The position numbers and the translations under genes are program-made. From the sequence record OQ992561.1: 64,000 nucleotides of DNA; one strand, written 5' to 3'. The notes under the pieces were generated by a model. The model saw nothing but the letters and a program-made list of their open reading frames with translations. It made no database searches and was not told where the DNA came from. Of the stretch, positions 1 through 7,486 are shown piece after piece; the stretch's first letter is position 1, and each line of letters starts with the position of its first letter.

Positions 1-127
1 ATAAGGCTTATATTGGCTTCTACAATGCTAATCCAGAAATCCAATAAGCCTGGAAATGCACCCAATCTAATGAGAAGGTCTATATTCTGATCTTCTCATT
101 AGTACTCTTGTAGAAGGAGCCATTATC

Positions 128-616
128 ATGGCTGAATTTATTATAGGTAAAGATATATTCAATGTACCTGGTGATCTTTATCTAATCACTGTTAATGTTG
201 TTGGCGTCATGGGCGCTGGTTTAGCTAAATCGTTTAAAGAAAAGTATCCTGAACTTTTTGAAAGATACAAACACGATTGCAAAAAGAGAATTATTACTAT
301 TGGTAATCCGGTTATTTACAAAGCATCCGATGGCAAACGTTTTATGATGTTTCCCACTAAGGATAATTGGCGGAACCCATCTCAAATTAGTTTCATTGAA
401 CGTGGACTAGAGTGGATGATGGAGAACGTATCGGATTCTGCGGAAAATGAAGAAGACTGTATTCATCCAGATTGGAAAATTATCATACCACCTTTAGGAT
501 GTGCTAATGGCGGACTAGATTTTTCTGATGTTAGAACTATCATTGAAGACTGGTCTAATCACATGCCTAACCAAATTGTGGTTGTTTATCCGCCGTGGAT
601 GGATTCATCGGTTTAA
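128..616 (+). CDS. Macrodomain protein (DarG/TARG1-like ADP-ribosyl hydrolase)
   Basis: Motifs VNVVGVMGAGLA, FPTKDNW and PPLGCANGGL typical of DarG/TARG1-class macrodomains; AGGAG RBS; terminator follows. Confidence 0.85.
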   Translation: MAEFIIGKDIFNVPGDLYLITVNVVGVMGAGLAKSFKEKYPELFERYKHDCKKRIITIGNPVIYKASDGKRFMMFPTKDNWRNPSQISFIERGLEWMMENVSDSAENEEDCIHPDWKIIIPPLGCANGGLDFSDVRTIIEDWSNHMPNQIVVVYPPWMDSSV

Positions 617-620
617 CATT

Positions 621-642
621 AGCCTTCCCATTAGGGAAGGCT
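621..642 (+). terminator. Intrinsic terminator
   Basis: AGCCTTCCC-ATTA-GGGAAGGCT then TTATG, 5 nt after stop. Confidence 0.8.
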
Positions 643-673
643 TTATGCCGTGTATTCAAAGCATTTTAAACAG

Positions 674-681
674 TATATTAC
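674..681 (+). promoter_or_regulatory. phiKZ-type early promoter core TATATTAC
   Basis: Exact TATATTAC with TTAA at -8..-5, as at 12591 and 63782; known phiKZ early (vRNAP) promoter motif; precedes small-gene block. Confidence 0.75.
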
Positions 682-739
682 ATTTGTGATATTACTGTAA
701 ACCATATCATACAACTTAATGTAAATAGGGGCTTTTATA

Positions 740-1078
740 ATGAAATTCAATACGATTGCAAAAGGTGTATCTTTTCTTCTGGCCACTGCATCACTGGCTG
801 GAACTGGGTATGTTATCTACAAGAAGGCTAAGGAAACTAAAGCTAACTTTGACAAACTCATGGGTTTCAGGGATCAGTTTAAAAGTATTTCAAAAGAGTA
901 TGGCGAATCAGATGAGTTCATGATGTTCGTCAATACTGCAATGACCGAGACAACGGACAGTGCTGTTGCTGAGAGCAATATTGAAAAACATCGACTGGAT
1001 GTAATTCGTAATAAACTGTCGATCATTTATGGTGATGGCTATACGAATCAAGTATTCGATACAGTTCGTAAGATGTAA
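740..1078 (+). CDS. Small hypothetical protein with N-terminal hydrophobic helix
   Basis: 112-aa ORF, ATAGGGG RBS, N-terminal GVSFLLATASLAGTGYVIY. Confidence 0.8.
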   Translation: MKFNTIAKGVSFLLATASLAGTGYVIYKKAKETKANFDKLMGFRDQFKSISKEYGESDEFMMFVNTAMTETTDSAVAESNIEKHRLDVIRNKLSIIYGDGYTNQVFDTVRKM

Positions 1079-1087
1079 AAATGGATA

Positions 1088-1104
1088 GGGCCTCACTGAG
1101 GCCC
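1088..1104 (+). terminator. GC hairpin, possible terminator or processing stem
   Basis: GGGCCTC-ACT-GAGGCCC 10 nt after stop; no clear U-tract. Confidence 0.4.
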
Positions 1105-1187
1105 CATTCAAATATGATTACGATAATAAAATTATATTTGAATGAGTTTGTTAAACCTTTAATTAATGTAAAAAAGGAAAATACAAA

Positions 1188-1349
1188 ATGAATATTGATA
1201 AAGTTAAACTTCAAAAACTTATCGCGGATGTGCCCGAGGCACCTAAACATAAGAAGATTAAAAACGTCATCACCAAATATGCGGAGATAGCACTAGGAGT
1301 ATATGTTGGTATTATAATAGCTAAACGTGTTCTAAATATCAAGTTTTAA
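1188..1349 (+). CDS. 53-aa small membrane protein (not in ORF track)
   Basis: Hand-translated MNIDKVKLQKLIADVPEAPKHKKIKNVITKYAEIALGVYVGIIIAKRVLNIKF; AAGGA RBS; C-terminal hydrophobic helix. Confidence 0.7.
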   Translation: MNIDKVKLQKLIADVPEAPKHKKIKNVITKYAEIALGVYVGIIIAKRVLNIKF

Positions 1350-1394
1350 TATAATCAAAATAAATCTACATTCATTAACTAATAGGATATTATC

Positions 1395-1712
1395 ATGCTT
1401 TCCATTATCGGTAATGTTGTAAAAACTGGTCTCATGCTGGCTGGTACCATCTATGTGTTCGAAGTCAGTGTGACTGTTTATAATGAGATTAAATTAGAAA
1501 AGAATATCCGTGAAAAAGTAAAGGACTATTCCGATTATATCAAATCTAATTCAAATAATACCACCGTGGAAGTAATGACGGACTTTATTGAAGTAGAGCT
1601 TATATACGTTATTAATGATGGATTGGATATGTTTAACACCATCAGTGATAAACATCGAATTAAATCAAAAATCCGTAACTGGATTAAGGATGCAATTAAC
1701 AATGAACTCTAA
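1395..1712 (+). CDS. Small hypothetical protein with N-terminal hydrophobic helix
   Basis: 105-aa ORF, AATAGGA RBS. Confidence 0.8.
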   Translation: MLSIIGNVVKTGLMLAGTIYVFEVSVTVYNEIKLEKNIREKVKDYSDYIKSNSNNTTVEVMTDFIEVELIYVINDGLDMFNTISDKHRIKSKIRNWIKDAINNEL

Positions 1713-2142
1713 GCTATCTCTTACATTAGGGATGGTAAGTGGAGCCGTACTCGGTAAGCTTGCTTGGGATTCTAGAGAAAAACTCTATGAATTCTATTAT
1801 GGACGAATTATTATCCATAAACTGAAAGCTTATCAAAAGACCATGGATGTCGATAAACTACCGTTCCATCCAGCAACAGCAATGGCCCATTATCTTAAGG
1901 CTAGCATTAATGCATCCAAGGAGACACTTGTGTCACTGGATCTTCTTGAGAGCATTAATGAAGTAGGGCTTAAATATATTGAATCAGTGCGATGCCGTTA
2001 TGATACTGCATGGCAAATGAGTCTGCACAGGAGGCTTGTCAAACGGCAGAAAGAGATTGAAGAAGAGAATCGTCGTATCGAAGAAGAAGAACGACGTAAT
2101 CGGAAACAACTTGATCTGTTCGATGATGTGTCAGATGTGTAA
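1702..2142 (+). CDS. Hypothetical protein, N-terminal hydrophobic helix, charged C-terminal coil
   Basis: Start moved to ATG 1702 (AAGGA RBS) from track start 1615; followed by TTCG terminator. Confidence 0.75.
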   Translation: MNSKLSLTLGMVSGAVLGKLAWDSREKLYEFYYGRIIIHKLKAYQKTMDVDKLPFHPATAMAHYLKASINASKETLVSLDLLESINEVGLKYIESVRCRYDTAWQMSLHRRLVKRQKEIEEENRRIEEEERRNRKQLDLFDDVSDV

Positions 2143-2150
2143 CTGATAAT

Positions 2151-2173
2151 GGGAGTCTTCGGACTCCCTTTTA
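2151..2173 (+). terminator. Intrinsic terminator
   Basis: GGGAGTC-TTCG-GACTCCC plus T-tract. Confidence 0.9.
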
Positions 2174-2229
2174 TTTTCTACATCGTATTATTTTTTAATC
2201 ACTTCAATAAACGTAAATAGGTATACAAA

Positions 2230-2586
2230 ATGAATATTGATAAAGTATCACTCTGTCTTGGTATTTTTGTTGGTTCAGTTACAATGTGTGCAGTTGGTAA
2301 AATCTATCATAAAACTGTTATTGATGTAAAAATCAATAAGTTGCGTAATGCTGCTTCAGTGTCTAATGAAATTCTTACAATGCTTTCTAAGCGTGCCTCT
2401 GTTATTCGCGCTGAGGTTATGCCAACCGCAGAAGACTTTATCGATTGTGAAGGTAAAGTACACAACAAACTCACTGAAGAGTTACAGGACATCGTCGCTG
2501 GTTTTAAAGTAGCGCCTGAACACGGGGCTAGTGTTAATACACGTATTAATGATTGGTTCCTACAAACGTTCCCAACTGTTTACTAA
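2230..2586 (+). CDS. Small hypothetical protein with N-terminal hydrophobic helix
   Basis: 118-aa ORF, AATAGG RBS, starts MNIDKV like 1188 ORF. Confidence 0.8.
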   Translation: MNIDKVSLCLGIFVGSVTMCAVGKIYHKTVIDVKINKLRNAASVSNEILTMLSKRASVIRAEVMPTAEDFIDCEGKVHNKLTEELQDIVAGFKVAPEHGASVNTRINDWFLQTFPTVY

Positions 2587-2596
2587 TAGGTGATAT

Positions 2597-3019
2597 ATGT
2601 CAAAAGTAGTATTTCCTAATGGTCTACTAATAGCGCTCATGCAAAACTTCGATCACACTCTCGAATGTTTTGATCATGATGTTAGTGTTTTTAAAAAGGC
2701 ACTCAGTGACCTAGATAATAAAATTAAAGGTGGTATTAAGTCACTTGATAATGATTACCCTAATGCTAAAATTGCATTAGAACGCATTCTTGAAGAACTT
2801 TTTAAAAGAGGATTACATATCCCTGGGCCTTCTGGAAAAGCATTTGTCATTGAAAAAGTTCACATTGTAGATAGCACAGGTGTGGCTAAGGCATACCGTG
2901 TCAGTTACAATGATGAAAAAGCTATGCCTGAATATGTATCAGCCGATAATGTATGGGGTGCACTAATTTCATATCAAAAACGTAGTCGTAGTGCAAATCC
3001 ATTCAAACCAACTGCGTGA
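2597..3019 (+). CDS. Hypothetical protein
   Basis: 140-aa ORF, AGGTGA RBS, operonic spacing. Confidence 0.8.
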   Translation: MSKVVFPNGLLIALMQNFDHTLECFDHDVSVFKKALSDLDNKIKGGIKSLDNDYPNAKIALERILEELFKRGLHIPGPSGKAFVIEKVHIVDSTGVAKAYRVSYNDEKAMPEYVSADNVWGALISYQKRSRSANPFKPTA

Positions 3020-3090
3020 AAAGGATCTGATGGTTAAAGCCATAATCCATTATCGTATTACATAATACCTGCAAAAGAAGGAATAAGTCA

Positions 3091-3342
3091 ATGAGCGAAT
3101 CTAAAGAAGTTATCAACATGGTGGAATGTTTTATCAGTGAATCTTACATGGAGCCAGGTGTTGACCACAATCGTCGGATTTTGATGCGTGAATACGGGAT
3201 CAACCCTAACAGCGGTATACCACTTCGGGGGAACTGGGTTCTGCGTAACATGCTCACTGGGGAATTTATCGACAATGATAAATACCTCAACGATATTGTT
3301 GAACGTAATTCCATCCAATTCGAACGCAATACCTTCGTCTAG
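3091..3342 (+). CDS. Hypothetical protein (paralogue of 4336-4611)
   Basis: 83 aa; REYGINP...RGxWV.R...TG.FID shared with 4336 ORF. Confidence 0.8.
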   Translation: MSESKEVINMVECFISESYMEPGVDHNRRILMREYGINPNSGIPLRGNWVLRNMLTGEFIDNDKYLNDIVERNSIQFERNTFV

Positions 3343-3377
3343 CTATAATTAATCCAAATCTGAAAATAGGTCAAACC

Positions 3378-3761
3378 ATGAACGAACACATTCAAAAGAA
3401 AATCAACCAGGGTACTGGCAGACTGGCTATGTGCAACTTCGACAAAATGAACTATGTTCAGGGTCGTGAGTACTATGCTATCTCAGATAGTGGTTTACTT
3501 GAACAAATCGTTGCTCTATGCGCAGTTCAGTGGCCTCAGGAAATGGCCAACTACCTGCATGATGAAAGCGCTCTGTTCTGGGCTCTTTTCGACCGTGGTA
3601 TCGTAGCTGATGGTAAACCTCGCGCCGACCGTAAAGACTTCATCTACGAACGCCTTGGTTTCATCCACAAGAAGAAGTTCAAAAAATACGGCTTGTCTAT
3701 TCTACGGCGAGCGCGCACCCGCTCGATGGCTAGTTTTGAGAAAGCTCAAGAGACTTGCTGA
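3378..3761 (+). CDS. Hypothetical protein
   Basis: 127-aa ORF, AATAGG RBS. Confidence 0.8.
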   Translation: MNEHIQKKINQGTGRLAMCNFDKMNYVQGREYYAISDSGLLEQIVALCAVQWPQEMANYLHDESALFWALFDRGIVADGKPRADRKDFIYERLGFIHKKKFKKYGLSILRRARTRSMASFEKAQETC

Positions 3762-3796
3762 GCTATGCTGCAACACCAATACGAGGATCGTTAATT

Positions 3797-4294
3797 ATGA
3801 ACCGCATGATTCCTGCAAATGAGCGTGACAGTGAACTCAGTCTCTATGGCTATTTGACCTCTGTTGTAACTGGTGGGGTTGCTTGGGATTATAACCCTAT
3901 CGTTCTGCTGGAGAAGATGTGTAATCGTGATGATGAGGCCATCTGCATGGGTGAACCCAATTACGATCAATTACGTTTGATCGGTGCAAGGGGTATGTTC
4001 GAACAGATCTCTGAAAACATCCTGTCTCGCAATGAACAAATCATGGATGGTGTTCGTGATTTCTTCAAAGATGGTCTCCAGTTGAAAACCAATGTAGATG
4101 ACATGTTGGTGAGACTGAATTATCAAACTGTGCATAACGGGACTGATATGGATGAGGTGATCATGGTAAACTTGTTCAAAAAAATTGATGGTGATTATGT
4201 GGTTGCTCATAAGTGCACATATGACCCTCAAGATTGGAAACATGCGTTATATTACTTCACCAATGCCTCCATGATCAGTCAAAAACAAAAATAA
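3797..4294 (+). CDS. Hypothetical protein
   Basis: Start moved to ATG 3797 (GAGGA RBS). Confidence 0.75.
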   Translation: MNRMIPANERDSELSLYGYLTSVVTGGVAWDYNPIVLLEKMCNRDDEAICMGEPNYDQLRLIGARGMFEQISENILSRNEQIMDGVRDFFKDGLQLKTNVDDMLVRLNYQTVHNGTDMDEVIMVNLFKKIDGDYVVAHKCTYDPQDWKHALYYFTNASMISQKQK

Positions 4295-4335
4295 ATATCA
4301 TGCATATCCCTTCAGGTAATTTTAGAGAGGTTATT

Positions 4336-4611
4336 ATGAGCAATAAAGATGTATCAATGATCCCAGTTTATGAAAATCACTTTGTCACTACTGGTGCTAC
4401 TCCACGACATGAAGCAATTGTGGTATGTCGTGAATATGGTATTAATCCATTAGATGATGCACCATTTCGGGGTTCATGGGTGATGCGCTACCGAGAGACT
4501 GGCAAATTCATTGATTGTTCCAGGGATATTGATGATTTAGCTAAGAAATATAATCTGACCATTCATAAACCAACCATTGAATTATACACCAGCACGTATA
4601 TTGGTCAATAG
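4336..4611 (+). CDS. Hypothetical protein (paralogue of 3091-3342)
   Basis: Start moved to ATG 4336 (GAGG RBS); shared motif with 3091 ORF. Confidence 0.75.
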   Translation: MSNKDVSMIPVYENHFVTTGATPRHEAIVVCREYGINPLDDAPFRGSWVMRYRETGKFIDCSRDIDDLAKKYNLTIHKPTIELYTSTYIGQ

Positions 4612-4615
4612 AAAA

Positions 4616-4640
4616 AAACCACCCTATATAAGGGTGGTTT
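4616..4640 (+). terminator. Intrinsic terminator-like hairpin
   Basis: AAACCACCCT-ATATA-AGGGTGGTTT. Confidence 0.7.
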
Positions 4641-4656
4641 ATAAAAGAGGTGAAAT

Positions 4657-4920
4657 ATGCATAAACTTAATCCTGGTTGTTATCCATTAACTATAAATCC
4701 TAATGGTAAGTTTCTGAATAAAGACGATTTACGGAATCTTCCCAATGGGATTTATGTAACTTCTCCGTTACATGGTCCTAGGGTATATAGCCATGATCGA
4801 CGCGTTATGGTTGATGGTGATTATTGTTATCTAATCACTGCACCGAACATAAAATTCAAGGTAAGTGATTTCTTTAAATATAATGTAGTTTATTATCCGA
4901 GCATTTACCTCAAGAGGTAA
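4657..4920 (+). CDS. Hypothetical protein (paralogue of 5276-5503)
   Basis: 87 aa, GAGGTG RBS; NLPxGxY...PxHGP.....DR motif. Confidence 0.75.
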   Translation: MHKLNPGCYPLTINPNGKFLNKDDLRNLPNGIYVTSPLHGPRVYSHDRRVMVDGDYCYLITAPNIKFKVSDFFKYNVVYYPSIYLKR

Positions 4921-4927
4921 TAAATAA

Positions 4928-5212
4928 ATGGCAAACGAATGCACTCCCGGTGTCTGGGATACACTAGCTGACTCGACAAAAGAAACTGAAAACCTACGTA
5001 TCCGTTCCCAACTCATGCGGGCTCTCACCCGTACTATAAAGGGCTGGGATCTTCCGCAAAAAGACGCTGCTGCTCGCCTACATGTTACGCAACCGAGATT
5101 GAATGATCTTCTCAAAGGCAAGATTGACAAGTTCTCTCTGGACGCCCTGGTAAACCTACTGGACGCGGCTGATCTGACTCTTGAGATATCAGTGATCCCA
5201 CGTGCAGTATAA
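4928..5212 (+). CDS. XRE-family helix-turn-helix protein (HigA-like antitoxin/regulator fold)
   Basis: QKDAAARLHVTQPRLNDLLKGKIDKFSLDALVNLL is a typical XRE/HTH_37 signature; GAGGT RBS. Confidence 0.85.
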   Translation: MANECTPGVWDTLADSTKETENLRIRSQLMRALTRTIKGWDLPQKDAAARLHVTQPRLNDLLKGKIDKFSLDALVNLLDAADLTLEISVIPRAV

Positions 5213-5275
5213 ACCATGGGGACGCAGCTTGATACGGCCACCGGGTGGTTTCATGACAGCAAGGAAATAAAGAAA

Positions 5276-5503
5276 ATGACAACTGATAAAAAGTTTAGCA
5301 TTAAAGAACTCGGATGGGAAAAAGCCACTAATCTACCCGATGGTGAATACTACACTATTCCTAAACATGGACCACAAAACTGGCGGTATGATCGCAAGAT
5401 TATCAAAACCAAGAACAGTGTAAAACTGGTAAATGAACCAGATTATAGCTGGTCAGCCCCATTCTTTTTCGAGGCAAATAACTTGTTAATCGAAGAACCA
5501 TGA
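5276..5503 (+). CDS. Hypothetical protein (paralogue of 4657-4920)
   Basis: Start moved to ATG 5276 (AAGGA RBS). Confidence 0.7.
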   Translation: MTTDKKFSIKELGWEKATNLPDGEYYTIPKHGPQNWRYDRKIIKTKNSVKLVNEPDYSWSAPFFFEANNLLIEEP

Positions 5504-5661
5504 CTATGAAACGATCACCAGGTTATTTTAAAAGAGTAGTAAAAGAACTAACTGAGCGAGAGAATATTATACATCAGAAAGTTCTTAAATACATCAATGA
5601 TAATCCGAATATTTCTTATAAAGAAGCACGTCAGATAGTAACTAAGGAGATTATAAAGTGA
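5500..5661 (+). CDS. 53-aa hypothetical protein (not in ORF track)
   Basis: MTMKRSPGYFKRVVKELTERENIIHQKVLKYINDNPNISYKEARQIVTKEIIK; ATGA overlap upstream and GTGA overlap downstream. Confidence 0.7.
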   Translation: MTMKRSPGYFKRVVKELTERENIIHQKVLKYINDNPNISYKEARQIVTKEIIK

Positions 5662-5870
5662 CTATTTCAATTCCTGCATCAGTTCGTGGTGAGTTTGGAA
5701 TTTATTACAAAAATAATAAGAATCTTCGACTGGGTCAGGCATGGCATAATTACATGCGTCTTGAAAATATCCAAAATGAAATGGATAAAGAATGGGCTGA
5801 TAAACTCTGGAATGCTTCTGATAAAGAAGCAGCTGATATGGTTGATGAAGCCACTAATTGGACTATGTAA
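5658..5870 (+). CDS. Hypothetical protein
   Basis: 70 aa, GTG start, AAGGAG RBS. Confidence 0.75.
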   Translation: MTISIPASVRGEFGIYYKNNKNLRLGQAWHNYMRLENIQNEMDKEWADKLWNASDKEAADMVDEATNWTM

Positions 5871-5909
5871 CTAAACAATATTTACTATAGTAAATAAGGA
5901 GAAATACAA

Positions 5910-6053
5910 ATGACTAATGAAGAAATTATCGTAGATGAAAGTAAATGGGCCGATGACAGCGAGATGGTTGGCTGTAAACCAGTTGATCTGTTTATTGATT
6001 TTTACTGGGTAGAGCCCACTCATCATACTCAAGAAGGAAAAGAGGATAATTAA
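5910..6053 (+). CDS. 47-aa acidic hypothetical protein (not in ORF track)
   Basis: MTNEEIIVDESKWADDSEMVGCKPVDLFIDFYWVEPTHHTQEGKEDN; AAGGAG RBS; stop 1 nt before next ATG. Confidence 0.65.
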   Translation: MTNEEIIVDESKWADDSEMVGCKPVDLFIDFYWVEPTHHTQEGKEDN

Positions 6054-6054
6054 C

Positions 6055-6330
6055 ATGGGTGAATATACACAGAATGGTATTCGTCATTTTCGTCCGGATG
6101 ATACCGAAGATACCTTTTATATCTTGGGTGATTGTTACGTAGTCAATACTATCGCCGATATTGTCGAGATGGCGACTAAGAAATGGGGTGATGGTATTAC
6201 TCTTGATATGATTAATATCAGTACTGAATATATTCATACAAGTTGTCTAGGACATGATGAGTACGACCCTGGCGATTACAGTAATTATCTATGCATCTCA
6301 CGTATTAGGGAAACACCGCTGATTAAATAA
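6055..6330 (+). CDS. Hypothetical protein
   Basis: 91 aa, GAGGA RBS, terminator follows. Confidence 0.8.
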   Translation: MGEYTQNGIRHFRPDDTEDTFYILGDCYVVNTIADIVEMATKKWGDGITLDMINISTEYIHTSCLGHDEYDPGDYSNYLCISRIRETPLIK

Positions 6331-6343
6331 ATTAACGACATAA

Positions 6344-6365
6344 GCCCTCTCCAAAAGGAGAGGGC
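6344..6365 (+). terminator. Intrinsic terminator (conserved GCCCTC family)
   Basis: GCCCTCTCC-AAAA-GGAGAGGGC. Confidence 0.8.
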
Positions 6366-6495
6366 ATTTATTCAGTTAAACGTTTAAGAATAAAAGAATT
6401 AGCCCTACTGTAACAGCAGTAGGGCTATATGCCGTTGAGTAAAAAATACTCAACATTTTCGCCCAAGTGGGCTTGGATTAACAAGAGGAGCAATC

Positions 6496-6801
6496 ATGTT
6501 AATTCCAGTTACCGCTAACAATGTTAGCCCTGACCTGCACAGAATGCAGGAAGTGGGTTTCTTTTTCAAGAGACCCGATGGATCAACCCATAGTATGTCG
6601 GTTGCGAAAACTCAAGCCGATAATGTTATCCAATGTCGAGATCGTAAAGGTAACTTCATTGGTTATTGGGCTGGCCCTACAATAGGATACGTCAACAACG
6701 CAAGTTTAGCCGTATCCATCAACCCCTTCGACAATTTCATAGTAACGGACACTGACATGGATCAGAAGAAGTTCTATGTAACCGAAAGGAGAAGCCTATG
6801 A
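6496..6801 (+). CDS. Hypothetical protein
   Basis: 101 aa, GAGGAG RBS, TGA-TAA double stop. Confidence 0.8.
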   Translation: MLIPVTANNVSPDLHRMQEVGFFFKRPDGSTHSMSVAKTQADNVIQCRDRKGNFIGYWAGPTIGYVNNASLAVSINPFDNFIVTDTDMDQKKFYVTERRSL

Positions 6802-6809
6802 TAAACAAC

Positions 6810-6829
6810 CCCTCTCCTTCAGGAGAGGG
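6810..6829 (+). terminator. Intrinsic terminator
   Basis: CCCTCTCC-TTCA-GGAGAGGG followed by T-rich tract. Confidence 0.8.
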
Positions 6830-6854
6830 ACTTATTTGAATTCTTTTTTTTTGT

Positions 6855-7440
6855 TTAAGTGAGAGCCGCCCGCTAAAGCGGCTCCCAAGTGGAGTTAAGT
6901 CTCCCGCTAAAGAGACACTCCAGTATACATGGGGTAGCGACTCCTCATGTAGATATCCTAATTAATCTCTTTAGCTAGTAATCAATACCAGTTATCACTC
7001 GTTGATAATTGATTTGTTTATTAACTAATTTGACTTAATCAGAATAATCAATACATATTGTTAATAACCTAGTATATTATTACCAGTATCATTGAGTAAT
7101 ACTGGTAATTAAATTTTACTCATGATTATTACCTAATGTGGAACTGAGGAATCGGATCGCCCCGTAGGGGCTTTTATTTCATAATAAACTATACCGAAGG
7201 TATATCCTTATTCTAATAATAAACAATATTAGCATTATTCTAATAGCGTTAGCTAATACATACTGTCTCCCTAAAAGGAGACACAGTATAGATTATATTT
7301 TTTTAATTAAAAATAATAAGTCTAGAGATAGACTTTCTTTATGCCTTTAATACCTTCTAATTTGCTCTATAATCGATTTTATTCGTTATTCACTAGCATA
7401 TTAGCCATACGACATAAAAGCCCTCCTATGAGGGCTTAAA
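6855..7440. other. Long non-coding region packed with inverted repeats (candidate structured RNA or replication origin)
   Basis: No ORF of 60 aa or more; about ten discrete hairpins read by hand; lies between convergent operons next to the DnaB operon. Confidence 0.6.
7418..7437 (-). terminator. Terminator for minus-strand gene 7487-7855
   Basis: AAGCCCTC-CTAT-GAGGGCTT with CATAA flank. Confidence 0.7.
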
Positions 7441-7486
7441 TGCTTTATTGATTATTAGACGAATGGATTAATCAGAATTAAATATA

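Noticed and set aside
6855-7440. tRNA or CRISPR array in the hairpin region
   Set aside because: No cloverleaf with T-loop consensus; no constant repeat with regular spacers
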